DNA from: Psilocybe cubensis
Taxonomy: Eukaryota
Direction of reading: 5' to 3'
DNA: 64,000 nucleotides
NCBI GenBank assembly: GCA_017499595.2
Contig: CM038998.1
Coordinates: 1,798,001-1,862,000 of the forward strand
Part shown: one piece after another, positions 10,944-25,496 of the stretch
Layout: each line of letters opens with the position of its first letter
How positions within the stretch are numbered: position 1 is the first letter of the stretch
Notes under the pieces: model-generated
The model's database searches: none
What the model was told of the DNA's origin: nothing
The model's input: only the letters and a program-made list of their open reading frames with translations
Position numbers and translations under genes: made by a program

Positions 10944-13900
10944 TTAGTTCGATACTTTTTTCCTCTTCTTGCCCATCGAGTGCGGAGTAGAGGAGTGCGA
11001 GGGTGAAGCGACAGCATGACCATGTTGATTTTGAGGCATTTGGCTCGGCTTCGACTTCGTGGACAATGTTTCTTCAGATAGACAATCACTGTTGGTCTCT
11101 TTTGGGTGGATTCCGTTTATTGTAGGAATACCTTTTGATGAAGGTAAAGGCATGTCTTCTGTGATGGAATTGAGCAAAGGCCGGAAAATTAAATAAAGAT
11201 AACGCACCGCGCAGGCAATGTGTTTTAAACAGTTTGATGAATGTGTCCATTTCTCCCGGTATTGGAACCCGTGAAGTATGTGCAATTGGAATCTCTCTTT
11301 CATCCTCCATGACAACGTCCTCTTCCACCACCTCATCGTGATCGTCTGGTATATTGCTTTCTTTCGCAGGTCGAACAACCAAATATGGCTTGAGGAGAGA
11401 GCTAAAAAATGTTTCCAATGAAGGTGCCGTATACGCGGGGTCGGTGAACACCTCATTTTCGCTGGACTTTCTTTGAACGGTAAAAGTATGTGCATGTTCT
11501 ACCGTGGTGTTCGAAAAAGCAGAAACGCCAAAGATGTCCTGGAAGATAGTTTTTTTCTGCTTCTGAGGCTCAAGGTTCATTGCCCTAGCTGTGATTTCGC
11601 CGTCTTTCAATACTGGGCGAGAATCTCCAATCAGGACCACCCTCCAGGAGTAAGTAATACCGACCAGGTTATAGCCTGGTTGTTTTTGATATGAAGCCCA
11701 AACAACATTTCTTAATCCGAATGGAACGAAACGAATTGTAGTTGGTACTTTGGATGACACGTGGAAGAGGGTAATCTTCGTTCGATGGTCCTCTCCATCC
11801 TGATCTGGAGAGTGAAATACAGCAAAGGTTGATTCCTTTGGGTGGGGTACAATTTTGTCAATTGCCAGAGGTGTCAAGGTCTGCCATGCTACTACAATGG
11901 GGATCAGATAAAATATTCCGGGAGAAGATGGGTAATGCATACCTTGACCTCTGAGTAGATCCCACATCACGAGAACATTAATCCCGGAAGCCAGAAGAAA
12001 GCGACCATCCACACCAACAAAATGAACCGATTGAATAGAAACACATTCCGGGGTTGTTAAGGCTTGACGAAGAGAACGAGACACGGGGTCATATAATGCG
12101 ATATGTGCACCCACTGATACCGCAAAAAGTGATGCATCAGGAGACCATGAGATTGAACCCGGAGTTTCTGAACGGAAGTCCAAAGTTGCATAGGAAATCC
12201 AAGCTTCTATAACTTGGACATGAGTAAGAAAGATTGATATAGGATGGATTCAACTCGCCACTGCGCTCTAAACCTTTTTGGTGACCGAAGAGTTTCCAGA
12301 CTTTGATGTGACCATCTTTTCCAGTTGTTGTGAGATATACAGCCTTGTCAGCCAGGGCATTGGGGCTAAAACTAATATCGGTGACTTTGTGTATCCCATG
12401 CGGCCGATCAATACGCGTATTCAGAATCCATGTTTCGTTCTTGCTATCCCATGACCATAGTTTAAGATAAACTTCAGATCTGAATCCAGGATCTCCATCC
12501 CTACTGTCAATAGTTGCCATCCAATAACCAGATTCGGAAATGACAGTCTTTTCAACCGTGGAAGGTATTATCGGTTTGTCATCTCTTCGCGAGATTCTGT
12601 TTGACGGAGAAACCTCTAATTCGGATAGTAAAGATGACACAGAAAGGGAATACATCTGAAGAGATGAAGGGTGCGAAGAGGGAAGAACGAGAGTGGATGT
12701 GAGTCGCTGAACAGCGATAGGAGCGATGTTCAACTTCGAAGACGACGTCGGTCCATGAAATACGGATGGATCTATATAACACAAATAGGACATTTCATAT
12801 AGTTTAAAGGATAAAACGCACACAAAATAAGACAAACGCACCGATTTTAATTCTCGAATAACTTCTGGTTATTTTGAGGCTTGCAGAGCTGATGAAAGTA
12901 TAGGTGGCATCCGATAGACCTAGTAGATATTCTTCTTCGCCGTTCGCTGGTCGTGATATCGATATTGTGCTGATCGGGGCCCCCAGCCGTGGTATGAACT
13001 CCTTTCTGCCAGTTTCCAATTGCCAAATAACCAAAACAGCTTCTTCTCCGCCGCTCAGAAGGTATGCACCATTATTCGTGAAAGAAACAGATGATACAGC
13101 ATGGGCGTGCCAATGGAAAGATCTTGTCTGAGTGCGCTTCTCAACGTCTCGAATATTAACAGCAAGATTGTCATTGAGGCAGTACCACAGGCGGATGACA
13201 CCTTTTTCATCCCCAGTAGCAAAGTATTCGTCGGATGGATGGAATGCTAAGCAAGTCAACTTCTCCGGAGACACATACTTGGTAAATCCGGAGGTTATAG
13301 TATCCGTCTTAGCTACATAGACTTTGTGGCCAGCAGTGGCGACCAACCAAGCCCCGTTGGGAGAGATAGACAGTCCTGTGGGGAATCGTGTTTTGCCAAC
13401 AGGGATAATTGCGGATGGCTGGTTCTTGTGATCAGAAGGTTTAAGAGAGATTTTAAGGACAACAGCATTGTTATCTGCGAAATATTTAGACGCAGTGCTC
13501 ACGGGTGGATGTTTAATGCTGCTACTCACCGTGCACGTTAGACTTCTTTCGCTGACGAGATGCCGCAACAAATACAAATCCCATAAACTGTTTATGCGCA
13601 CACATGAAGTGTATTGATTGTCCAACATCGATTACCTGCAAAAGGGTGGCATTCACGAAATCCCAGATCATGATTCTTCCATCCAGTGTCGCAGTGATTA
13701 GTTGAAACACATTGTGAGGGTTGATGATCGCGGACGTGAAGACGTCTGTGTTCGAGTTTTCTTCGCCTGAAGATGGTGCGGAAAGAATCGAAACTACTAG
13801 TCCAGTGGTACTAGAATAAATTTTAATGGTGGAGCCCACGAGCGAGAAAAAGTAACTGGATATTGGATAAACAATGGATTCAATAAAGGGTCATATGAAA

Positions 13901-14145
13901 ACACACCTTCCATCCTTCGTAAAGATAGGTGGAATACGACTTGAAGATGGATCGGTAAGAGAAGCCCAATTCCAAGGTCTATCATCGTCCCAGCCCCGAC
14001 CTTGCCATAGCTCAGCGCGTACCGGAGCCGCGGTGGCCTTGGATGGGTTCTCCTTGCCCTTTCCTTTGTTCAGAGGCTTGTGAGTGTCTTTCTGAGTGAC
14101 TGGGACATTGTCTGAATTGGAGGACTTTAATGTGGACGCAGCCAT
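10944..14145 (-). CDS. UTP17: U3 snoRNP/t-UTP WD40 protein (Utp17/Nan1/WDR75)
   Basis: PPIFTKDG, LAFHPSDEYFATGD, FHWHAHAV, LLSGGEEAVLVIWQLETGRKEFIPRLGAPI, YLKLWSW..WILNTRIDRPHG across several exons. Confidence 0.85.
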
Positions 14146-14357
14146 TTGGAACGGCCTTGCAAGGTTTACTCTGAGTTCATTAGACGATAGAAAAAAAGGG
14201 ACAAACAATTACACAAACAAATGCTTAAAGCGGGCGCAATTGGATTGGTACCGATCAATCTAAACTTATCTCAAGCTGATTCCAACCAGCAACGAACGTC
14301 AACAACGCTGGAGTTGGCCAATGATGCTCTACTAAGGAAAGAAAAGACGACAAAACA

Positions 14358-16569
14358 TCATAAATTGGAACCTATGAGCACCCTGATCGAACGGCAAGGT
14401 ATCTCCAGTTCTTCGAGAGTAGATCTCTTTCGTGCTTCCATCATACTTTCTCGGACGCGTTCCTCTTCGATCAGTTCTGCCTTTGATAAAGGCTCTCGCA
14501 TTGGCAATGGCCATCCCATCGTATTTAGTGAATGCCATAGCGCAACACGAGCTTGCATATCACTGTAAATCATTCTGTGAACAACATTTTTGTTTATAAG
14601 TTTAGCTTATTCACCTTGTATACCTTTCAATCAACCTTTCGAATTTTTTCCGGCTTTGAAGCTCTTCCAACTCTACATCATCATCCCAACCAAAAGGTAT
14701 TAATTCTTCTTTTCGATTTCGTATTCTGTCCTTGAGTTCCTCCCACATTGCTTCTTGACAGGCTAACACGGCTTGATTGGTGCGGTATAAATGCATAGCG
14801 AGCGATCGTTCACTCAAAGAATCTAGTCGGTTTTTCGGAAATAATAAAGCAGGCGCAAGAATGACTGCTTCACTCTCAGTTATAGAATTCTCAACTGTGT
14901 AATGATGTGATGGACTGGCCACATAGTCGTCAGAGCCAGCAATTTTAAGGTGGGAAGTTTCGGGAAAGGGGCTGGAATTCGATGGGTAAAATGTCAGGGG
15001 TGCGGACGCAGTACGAGCCCGAGTCGGCTTGATGTCAGATTCTCCATGGATTGCGATTCCTGACACAGAGGATGAAAAGGACATGGAGACAGGGCGCAAG
15101 GCAGGCACTTTGCTTTCCGACAGCTGAGATTTAGATCCAAGCTCATGATTATCGGAGTTGGGTTCAACAACGTATGATGTTATTATCTGAGGAGGCAGAG
15201 GCTGCAATGGTGCAATAGGTGGCATCGGGAAGCTCAGAAGGGGGCCCAGAGTGACCTGTCTAAAATACGTCGTAAAATAACTAGGCAATACGGCTTGCGA
15301 ACATCAGAAAATCTACGACCACGCATAATCGCAGCGAGCTTACCAGAAGGCTTCATGTTGATAAACCGATTCTGAAAAACAGATTGGTGAAGAGATTCTA
15401 ACAAAGCGTGGTCATGAGGTGGTCGTGTATCAAGATCCATAATTTCTGGGGAATGCGAAGGGGCCGTAGTACTGGTATGAGATGAAAATCGAGCTGACTG
15501 AGCTCTTAGTGGTTTTGATCGAAGCGCCGTTGTGAACCAGAGAGGAAGTGTTGGAAATAAAGCATCTACCAAATTCATGATTTAAAGATAGGCATAAGAG
15601 GAGAATAATCAGATAAGCCCTGCCTACCTTCTTCAATCATTTCCACCGTACCCCCAGATCGTAATACTCTGGAAACTTCCTAACGTTCAGGTTGAATATA
15701 TGCGTTTCGTTCAAGAAGTTCTATGGGCACACCTCGAAGAGAACTCCCCACTGAGGTCGTAGTGTCAGGAAGGGAAGTCAAAGGGCCAGTATGTGAGTAC
15801 GCACTTTGTTTTCAGGAACACCTAAAGCTATACCCTGGATATGAATATGATCAAACTCGTCGTCTTCGAACGGCAGTTTGGTGGTTAGGCTAGAAACCGT
15901 CAGGAAAGGTAAAAAAATGGATGTTGGGTTCTCACAAGTTCCCATGCTTCCACTCAATCCGCCTCGCCAGCGAAGGGTCCAAAATCTTGAGGGGGATTTG
16001 AATATCCACCAAATCGAATCCAACCTAGTAGAATGACAAATTAAATGATTGGTACACAGAAGAGCAGAAAGAGGAAGAAAGACGAACAAAATCGCAATCT
16101 TTCCATTCTTTGGCAGCATTTATCACCCATGTTCCGGTCTACAGAAAGCCTTGATCGATAAAAGTCTCTCATATAGGCTGCAACGGCAATAAAGAACATA
16201 CCCCGCAGCCAAGATCTAACACACGGCTTGGAGGTTCCTTCAAGGGTGCAAAAGAGCATGAACCTTGAAGATATTGCGCCAAGGTATTGTCAAAAGACTC
16301 CCTACGGGCAATTTACGATTTGAATGATTGGTTTGTAGAAGCCAGATGGATGAGGGATTGAGACAAACGTACAATTCGAGAACCTTTCTATCATAGGAAA
16401 GGGGATAGGGTGCTTTTTCGCTGTCATATGAGTGGTGCCTTTGACCATGCTTGTATTGGAAATCCTTCCGACGCTTGTACCTTTTGCCTTCATTATTGTT
16501 ACCGTTGCTATAAGAAGTAGACGTCGTCGAATAAGAAACCGGCGGAGACGGCGGCGCGTTCATGACCAT
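14358..16569 (-). CDS. SAM-dependent methyltransferase-like protein (LaeA-like/Methyltransf_25 type), multi-exon
   Basis: Spliced reading gives APYPLSYD..., PSRVLDLGCG|TGTW, VGFDLVDIQ, HGNF..LPFEDDEFD; long Ser/Pro-rich C-terminal extension. Confidence 0.75.
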
Positions 16570-17276
16570 GACTATAACTTAGGCCTTCTACAGAAAGTCT
16601 TTGCGAGGCAGTAGCAATATGGAATGTGTTGGCAGGTGGAGACTCCAAAATATGAGGTAACAAGTTGACTAGCGGACCCCGGAGCAATATGCTGCGAATC
16701 AATCAAACCATGATGCGGAAGGGCGATCAAGTAGAACTTACAAAGTCGCAGGAAGGACGAAAACACGATTGTCATTGCAAGGTATCAGCTCTGAAACGTA
16801 CATAACAGACATTTATCAACAGTCGCCGTGTATGACAGTGAATATCTCCATAGATATAGAATGGTACCTCAGTGATGTATAATGTTGACATCATTACCGA
16901 GGAAGCACATCATGACATACGGACAAGTATAGCGGCCTCAAAGCCTTCAATCAGTATAGATGGACCCGGGGTAAGTGCAACCACCAGCAAATCATTACAA
17001 CCTAAATAGGGGCTAAAATGTATGGTGTCTATTCACCGACGGAATCTTATTGAAAGGCGACAACATATGAATGAATCGAGCCACCACTTGATTAAAGGTG
17101 CAAATAAATTCGTGAAGCTGTCGAACTTTGATTTACCTTTTGAAAAGGTGTCATCAATATGTAGTAGGTGCTGGCCTCGAAAAAATGATACCGCGGATGG
17201 ATGTGTGCCTATGTGGACTGACGTAACCAAGTTCCAAGACGAGGGACGATGTGCTTAAATTAGAACTGTCACCATC

Positions 17277-19414
17277 ATGCCTCCTCGACGAAAACCAACA
17301 TCCACCCGCCAGAAAAAGGCCGACCAACAACTAAAGCGCGCAATCAAACGGGGTGATGTGCCACAACCAGAGGTCAAGAAGAAACCCCTTCGTGGTCGTA
17401 AACCGCGTATAGGGCCCACTGGTGAACGTATAGGTTCAGCTGATACTTCTGTTATCCAATCCGCACGAAAGCTGCAATCTGCCTTCATCAAACTTCCTCC
17501 AAACTATTTGGAGCAGACAAAACAACTTGCTTCTGACCTCGTCCTGCAACGGCCCATACCAGATGAGAATGCGATCTTCCATAACTTTGTTCATGCGAAT
17601 GATTCAGAAGTCGAGGCTCTTTCATGTCCTAGGAGACCCAAGTGGCGTTTCGATATGACTAAACTTGAAGTGGAGAAAAATGAAGAAGGCGTTTTCAAAA
17701 AGTACATCGCTCAAACCGACCGTGCGCTAGATCAGTGGCAAAACAAGGCGGATCTTGCTACTAGTCATACCGATTCAAGTCCTACCATGCCTCGGTCGCC
17801 GTCCTACTTTGAAAGAAACATAGAGGTCTGGAGGCAACTGTAAGTCTACGAGGGTGTCTGGAGTCTGAAAATTCTCTAACCTGACTATAGATGGCGTGTT
17901 ACCGAAATATCTCAAATCATCCTAGTCCTCCTCGATTCCCGATGTCCCGTGTTGCATTACCCCCCATCGCTTGCCAATTACCTTACTGGTCGCAAGGTTA
18001 TCCTTGTTCTTACTAAAGTTGACATATCTGGAACGGAGCGTGTCAAAGCCTGGGTTGATTATATCAACAAAAACTACCCAAATTCTCGCATTGTTGAAGT
18101 AGAGTCCTACGCCGAAAAACAGGCGTCAACAGACCATCAAGGTCGTAAACATTACGTGCCCTGTATTCCGGAGCACTTTCGTGCCAAACTCGTCAGAATG
18201 ATCAAGGAGGTGCATCAAGAGCTGTTAGAACCTCCTGAAAAGGTCGCTAATAACCCAGATCGGCTCAAAACCTGGTTTCCTCCAGTAAAACGTGAAATTG
18301 ACTGGGACGCCGTTATGCAGGCCAAGGGCTCAAAAGTCGGTGTTGCCGTTGGTGGCGCTGCAGCGCCGCGTCCTATATCACCAGGCGAAACTGAACAACA
18401 AGAATCATCTAATCATCATCAAGAACCTAATTTTTTGACCATTGGCTTGATAGGTGAGGTGCTTGTATCGACTTCATAAAGCATGATTTCACCTGTCCTC
18501 AGGCCAACCAAATGTTGGTAAATCATCACTACTCAATGCTCTTTTCGGTGCATCAAAGGTTCGGGCGTCGAAGACTGCCGGAAAAACCAAACATTTCCAG
18601 ACATTGTACTGGACTCCTGATGTCAGACTAGTCGATTGCCCTGGACTTGTTATGCCTAATTATGTGCCGATGGAAATGCAGGTATGGTTATAATTTAGGA
18701 CACTCTGCCGCTTTCTGCTTCCATACCTTTGGTTTTAGGTTCTTTGTGGAATTTTGCCAATATCACGTGTATCAGCAGTTTCTGCATGTGTTCATTTCGT
18801 TTCACAATTGTTACCTCTGGAACGTATATTCAAACTTGTTCATCCAAGCTCGAAAGCTCCCCCAGTAGAAGACAAACGTACCTGGCGCGACGACAAGAAA
18901 GTTTTAAAAGTGGATGAATCTCAAAAATCTCCTGCTTGGACGGCAATGGATATCCTGACTGCCTATGCTGAAGACAAAGGATGGATCACAGCGAAAGCTG
19001 GGAGACCAGATATCCACAGAGCAGGAAACGCCAGTACGTTTATATTCTGTTTACATACTCCATCTAAACCCACTCGTTCCTCTAGTCCTACGAACGCTAG
19101 CTGAAGGAAGGATAGGATGGGCATTCTGGCCCCCCGATACACCCCTTGAAGAAGCAACAACAGCAGATGATCATCTAGGCATTTGGATTCCTCTTTCTGA
19201 CCATACCGATGACATAAGTGCCAGTGATCGGGAAAGTGAAGAGGAAGATGATATACACGAAACCGAAAGTCCCTCTTTTTCTGCTCCGGCAGAGGAAGAA
19301 GATAGCGAGGAATCAGAATTCGGAGAAGAGGCACAATCAAGTGTCAGTCAGGTCGGAGTTAGTGGAAGGTTTGGTGCACTTGCTCTCAGTGAAGGAGAAG
19401 AAACAAGTGAATGA
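17277..19414 (+). CDS. Circularly permuted GTPase, GNL1/LSG1 family
   Basis: YFERNIEVWRQL|WRV, LVLTKVD (G4), IGLIG|QPNVGKSSLLN (G1), GKTKHFQT, LVDCPGL (G3), TAKAGRPD; acidic tail. Confidence 0.9.
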
Positions 19415-19798
19415 TTGAAATTAATTCCGACAAGTAGGAGGTCAAAACAGATGCTGACCGCAAACGAACGATCTGATCATTGTTACAGGTATATCATAAC
19501 GGTATTTTGTGCACAAATCTATTCTGTTGTCGTCGCATAGTGGAATATAGCCTCATGATCTGCGTATGGTATTTTATTTCTGTTATGACATGGTCCAGAT
19601 GACCAATTCAAACAGCTATTACTACTTCTTCATGGTGCGAATTTATTCCAAATCTTCGGCAAAATATAACGAAGGGCTATCATGACAATGCTGAACGTCG
19701 TCCTACTATCACGAAGCCATGCACCGGTCCGTTTTCAACAAGCTCAGGGGACTTATAAAATCAACAAACTCTAGGTTGCCTAAATCTCGTGCGCAAAG

Positions 19799-20724
19799 AT
19801 GTTGGCTGCATTTATTGCTCTTGCTTTTGCTGCGTTGGCTCATTGCCAGACAGTCTACTTAGCAGGAGATTCTACCATGGCAAAGGGTGGAGGGGGCAGT
19901 GGGACAGATGGTCGGCCTCATCTATTTTCTATTTCTCCTAAATTCAGGCTTATGATGTGTTGAAAGGATGGGGACAGTACCTGGCCCAATACTTGACGTT
20001 GCCTGTTGTAAATAATGCGATCGCTGGACGTTCAGCTAGATCCTACACTGTTGAGGGTCGCTTTACGACTTTGATCAACACTGTCAAACCCGGAGACTTT
20101 GTTGTCATCGAGTTCGGCCACAACGATGGCACCTCTGGTGCGACCGACAATGGCAGACAAGATGCCGTCGGAAATGACACCACCACAACCGCAACTGTTA
20201 CAGCTGCGAAGTAAGTTTCCGGTGTATACTTGTCTTCCTATGTTTGGGCTGAACACCCATGATCCAGCGGCACTTCGATTGTCATTCATACTTTTAATTT
20301 CTACGTCCAAAACGCGGTTAATTCCCTCAAGGCAAAGGGTGCTATACCGATTGTGTCATCCCAAACCCCTGATAACATCTGGACCAATGGCGTTATAGGC
20401 CCTCCCTCACGCTTCGTTGGCTATGCCCAGCTAGCAGCCAGTCGAACTTCAGTGACGTACATCGACCACTTCGATTATGTAGCACAGGCATACGATTCAT
20501 TAGGCCAAACTACGACCACGACATTCTATCCTTTGGATCATACCCACACATCTCCCACTGGTGCCAATATCGTTGCACAAACCTTTGTCCGAGGTTTGAT
20601 ATGCTCCACAAGCACTTTGAATAAGAAGCTGAGTGCAAGCGGCAATACTGTACCAGGTGAGCAGTAAGCCGGATCCATTGCTTCTACATGGACTTATGAT
20701 GCTGGCGTAGGAAAATGTCTTTGA
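19799..20724 (+). CDS. Secreted rhamnogalacturonan acetylesterase (CE12, SGNH hydrolase)
   Basis: Signal peptide, then [40 protein letters not shown]; three introns. Confidence 0.92.
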
Positions 20725-21126
20725 GGCCGTTCTCGAAGTTGGATCAGGCGACCTCATCTGGGTCCAGAAGATGCCTCGCAATTAAAGTACACTTCAAATA
20801 CCGGTATATTTCAAGATCATGCTGTCAAAGTTAGGTATATGACATCAGAGGGTTTATCGTATTTGGACCAAATACAAATTTCTGAACAATACATAGTGCC
20901 TTCACCTTTGGAGCGTTGAATTCAATAAGGTTGAGCCTGCCTATAGCATTTGCATGCAGGCATGCCTCTAGCCCTGCTGTTCTGATTACTTAAATAGAGT
21001 CGCGGGCCGTGCAGCCGCAGCCGTTGCGGCTCTGTTTGTTGTTGTGTCCAACTATTTAAGAATCCATTGCGATCATGCAAGGAAGGCACACTGAGATGTA
21101 GTCGCTATCTAAATGCCACATACAAT

Positions 21127-22590
21127 ATGCTGAGCTCATGGTTTGGTCAGCAGCAGCAGCAGCAGCAACAACAACAACAAAACGCTAATGAAGAGGGCAA
21201 TCCAGATAGGTTATCTTCTCGTGCAACACCCAACAGGCCTTCACCTTCGTCACCCAATGATGTAAACCAAAACACCCGCGCGTCAGTGGATAGGCCCGCA
21301 AAGCGCACCTTTCCAACTGCTTTTACTACCCCTCATGATGCTGTACTAGCGGAGCTTCATGGAATACAACTAAAGGCACCCGCAACGGACACTTCAAATC
21401 GCCCTGCCTCTTTACGGGAGGAACAAGTCCTGTCTCCTGACTTAGACTCTACTCTACCTCTATCGGAAGATAAAGCCACAGCCCTTCGCACAGAAGCCAA
21501 CCCATCGGGTCGCACATCCAAAGCCGCGTCACAGCAGCTACCCCTTGCCAGTTCTCCTGAACTCTTGATAGACCCATTTGATGGCATGTCTTTGGGAGTG
21601 CTTGTTCCGCACCAGGACAACCCCAATGCTGATGTCCAATCCACTTCACAAATTAATCTTCTGAACGACGCCGAAGGAGGCGATAATGGTTCAGGAAGTC
21701 AAGCCATTTGGACCAATCTTTCCCGGGTGCTGGAAATCCAGTCTCAGATATCCAAAATGCATCTGGAAATGGAAAATATCAGCACAGCCAAGGTATCGAA
21801 TACGAAAAGCAATAAAAGGCAACATAAATCGAACAATCCCACTTTGTTTGGGACAGCTGGTGGTAGTGCTTTCGACCTTACTTCTGAGGATCCCGTAGTC
21901 CCTCCCGGTCTGCATCAACCTAGGGAAAGGGCATTGAGTAATGTTTCAACTGTTTCTTCCGCGAATGATGCGCATGACGATGAAGAAGGTGTCAATGTTC
22001 CCAATGAAGAGGCGGAGAAAGCAAGGATTAGGGAAGAAGAATTTGCAAAGCTGGCCTCCCAGTTTGAAGGTCGGAAGGATGCTATCAAGGGTATAATGGA
22101 CAAGGTAATTTGATTTACTCCATCGCACCGCTCAATCTTTTTGACTACCTTTCTTCTTCAGTTAGATGACCTATCTCAAGCTTTGCACCAATTCCATCAT
22201 CTTCCTCCTCCACCTATGCCGGATGTTTTCAATGACATTCGTAATGGCTCATCTGGAGCCTCGTCCCCTCCTCTTGGCACAACCTCTCCCCTACATATGT
22301 CCGACAACAAAGACAAAGGCAAAGCGCCAATTAGACCTCCAGGCACAGCTTCTGACCGTACATACGAATGGACACAACAGTACGCTTTTCCATCTACCTC
22401 GGCGTTACAGACACCTCCTCCCATTAACCGTCGAAAGAGCGATAATGCGATAATCGGCGCCTCCTTGAGCAGAACTGCGGCGGCGCAAAAATCGGTACCG
22501 ACATTAATGCTCAATTCAGTGGACATGGAGACACGGATACCCGTAATGGATAGTCCTGCTTCCATAATTGGTAGTTTAAAGCAGGATTAA
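21127..22590 (+). CDS. Hypothetical low-complexity protein with N-terminal polyQ and a short coiled coil
   Basis: ORFs 21067-22113 and 22141-22590 joined by an intron near 22105-22161; WTNLSRVLEIQSQISKMHLEME and REEEF motifs. Confidence 0.7.
21148..21180 (+). repeat. (CAG)6(CAA)5 microsatellite encoding Q11
   Basis: Read directly from the sequence. Confidence 0.95.
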
Positions 22591-23807
22591 GTTCATGTCT
22601 TGTATCCTATCCGTCGCAGTCGGAATAACGTTGTTAACTTCCTAGTTCTTTGGCAGTCTCCATCTGCGCCTTTGTTCCGATGTGTTTTCCCTGCTTTTGG
22701 GTGCTTATTTGGATAATTAGGACTGCCTGAACGAAAACATTTCTGGCCTCTGTCGGATTGGTTGTATGCCCCATCGATGAATGGCATCGCCTGCGAAAAG
22801 GTCATGGAGTCGGAAGATAGAAGATAGTGTTACTGGGACTAATTAATGTTACAGTTAACAAATTTATAAACGCGTTTAGTGCGTTATTTTGTTACAAAAT
22901 CGAAGTTTTTCACCTATGAAACTCCAAGTGATTTCAAGGTGCATGGGGGTAGAAACGAGAATTAATCCTTCAAATTGATTCAATGGTGGGATGATGAAAT
23001 ATCCAAATGGAAGCTTGGGACACCACTGACAGTCTTTGTTTATCGAGATATCCTTAGACATGCGCCAAAGATATGCTGCAATCCATTATGACTAGCAAGT
23101 AACCGGATAATGGGGCAGCCATCTTTTACACCGATCTTCGAAACCCGTCATAAATAGTAATACACAGTCTTGTGGGAAAAGCTGATAGAGTGAAGGGTGT
23201 ATTGCCAATGCCGTAGGTAATGTGGCAAATCGCAGGCTCTATCGTAAACCGTGGCGGATCGAGTGGTGCTGGCTCGCTACACGAGAAGGGTCTTGCATCT
23301 GAGAGTACACCGGAGTATCACTTGGGTAATAATAGATGGCATAAGTTGAGAAGTTCCACCCCAGATCTCTGTAGGAGGAGGCTGCTGTATGATATCGAAT
23401 TTCCTGACAGACGGAAGCGCTCTCTTATGTGGATAAATAGATGTATAGGATACCATAGCGCGTGTATACCTCGAGGCAGTCGAGCTAAAGACGATCCTAT
23501 CTTCCCACTTGTTGGAGCCAGTGTCGATCCCTATGAACTACGGATTGAGAAAGAGTTTATTTCTCCACAGAGTTGGCTTCCAGGGCTGAAAATGGTGGAG
23601 TTGTGCTGGGGAAACACGCGTTGTGCGCATTTCCAGGAGCGCGAAGAATGGAGCGATGGACTTTAAGCACTACAGTGAGTAGTGGAATCGGCAGTTGACG
23701 TCATTAAATAAAGTAGACGCGCTATCCAAAAGTGGCAGTCCAGGTCACGTTCACCGGTCCTTAAAAGCGCGTCCGTTGTGATGCCGGTTTCACTGCGGCT
23801 CAGTGTC

Positions 23808-25496
23808 ATGTCTGCCTCTATCCTTGGTCTTCCTCCCGTTCCTCCAGAGCTCAAGCCAATTACTCCCTATATTCAGAGGGCAGAAGAGCTCAAGAGTCAG
23901 GACCCGATCGTCTCTTACTGGTGTGAGTTAATTTCTGCTTATAATGTCAATGTTTAATAACGCTTCTCCATAGGTGCCTACTATGCTGCGCAAGTTGGTA
24001 TCTCTCTCAAAGCGCACAGCTCAGCTGCGAGAGACCTATTATTTGCTCTTCTAAATGCACTCGAACATATGAAGGCTGCTATCGGCGCCAACGATGCTAT
24101 CGACATTGAATCAGTCAGCTCTGCCTACATCGAAAACTTTGCACTCAAAGTCTTTGCAAATGCCGATAACGAAGATCGCAGTGGTAGAGCATCACGGTGA
24201 GAGCTATGTGACTGCAATAATTCGAGAAACTGCATCTTATACTGTCTTTAGTTCAACTGCTAAGAAGTTTCTGGCTGCCGCCAATTTTTTGGAGGTTCTG
24301 AAGACTTTCTCAAAATCCGATGTCTCTGAGTCGGTAAGATTTCTATGCTCTTCTTTATTATGTATCTCATATCTGTCAAGAATGAGGAAAAAATTCGATA
24401 TGCAAAGTGGAAGGCAGCCGATATTGCCAAGGCATTCCGCGAAGGACGTAAACCTGTTCCAGGTCCTCCCGGCTGGGCAGAAGAACAAGAGGAAATGAAA
24501 CGGCTTGAACAAGAAGAAAAACACACACACACTTCTTCTTCCAGACCATATCCTGAGTCCTCATCACGTCATTCAAATTCTCCTCCTCACACTACTAATA
24601 TATCCCCACCGCGTACTTCTCATGCCTCATCATCATCCCCCCCAAAGCATTCGCCTATATCGCATTCTCCCACTCAGATAGGACATCAAGTTGGATTGTC
24701 TATAACAAATGACGTGCCGGAGGCATGGAGTACCACCTCTACTCCCGGAATTGAGGCATCCTCCAACGTGTATACCATTGGAACACCCACGCCCAGTACA
24801 GCCGGTTACGATAGAGAATCCATCCCTCCCGCCGCAAGTGGTATATCTCAAGCTAAACAGCGCTGGGACGCTACAGAAGGCAGCCATACCAAGAAACGCA
24901 GCGGCAGTGGAAGTAGCTACAACTCTACCGGAACCAACGGAAATCGTCCATGGGCAAGTGAGGAACTAGGAGGAAAGCAGACACGGTTGTCAACTCCTCC
25001 TAAGAGTTCCTTTAAATCTGGGTCCCCTGACTCTGACAAAAAGGTTCACTTTTCGCCTTCTACTATTGGGGCACCTCCGAATCCACCTCATACAAGTTCG
25101 GGATCTCCCAAAGAATATCTAGGACCTTCTAGTATATATGCTCCTCCTAAAACGGCTCCGGTTGACATCTATCAAAGCCACTCAACAACACGTCCATCAG
25201 TTCCAAGTCCCCCCTCGTTACCTCCTGCTTCCCCATCACGACCATATGGTTATGCTGCTTCGCCTCCCTCCCAATTGCAGACACAGGCTTCGCCGCCCCG
25301 TGTTGGGAACCGTAATCCATATTCCACTGTACCAAATCCAACTCCTCCTCCTCTTCCAGCTGCTTTTGAGTTGACACCAGCTGTCATTGCAAAGGCACAA
25401 AAACACTGCCGTTTTGCAATCAGTTCCTTGGACTATGAGGACGCTGATGAAGCTCGAAAACAGCTGCGAGAAGCGCTGGCTCTTCTCGGAGGTTGA
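23808..25496 (+). CDS. VTA1: Vacuolar protein sorting-associated protein Vta1 (ESCRT-III/Vps4 cofactor)
   Basis: ELKPITPYIQRAEELKSQDPIVSYWC, KIRYAKWKAADI (MIT domains); C-terminal AKAQKHCRFAISSLDYED VSL domain. Confidence 0.95.
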
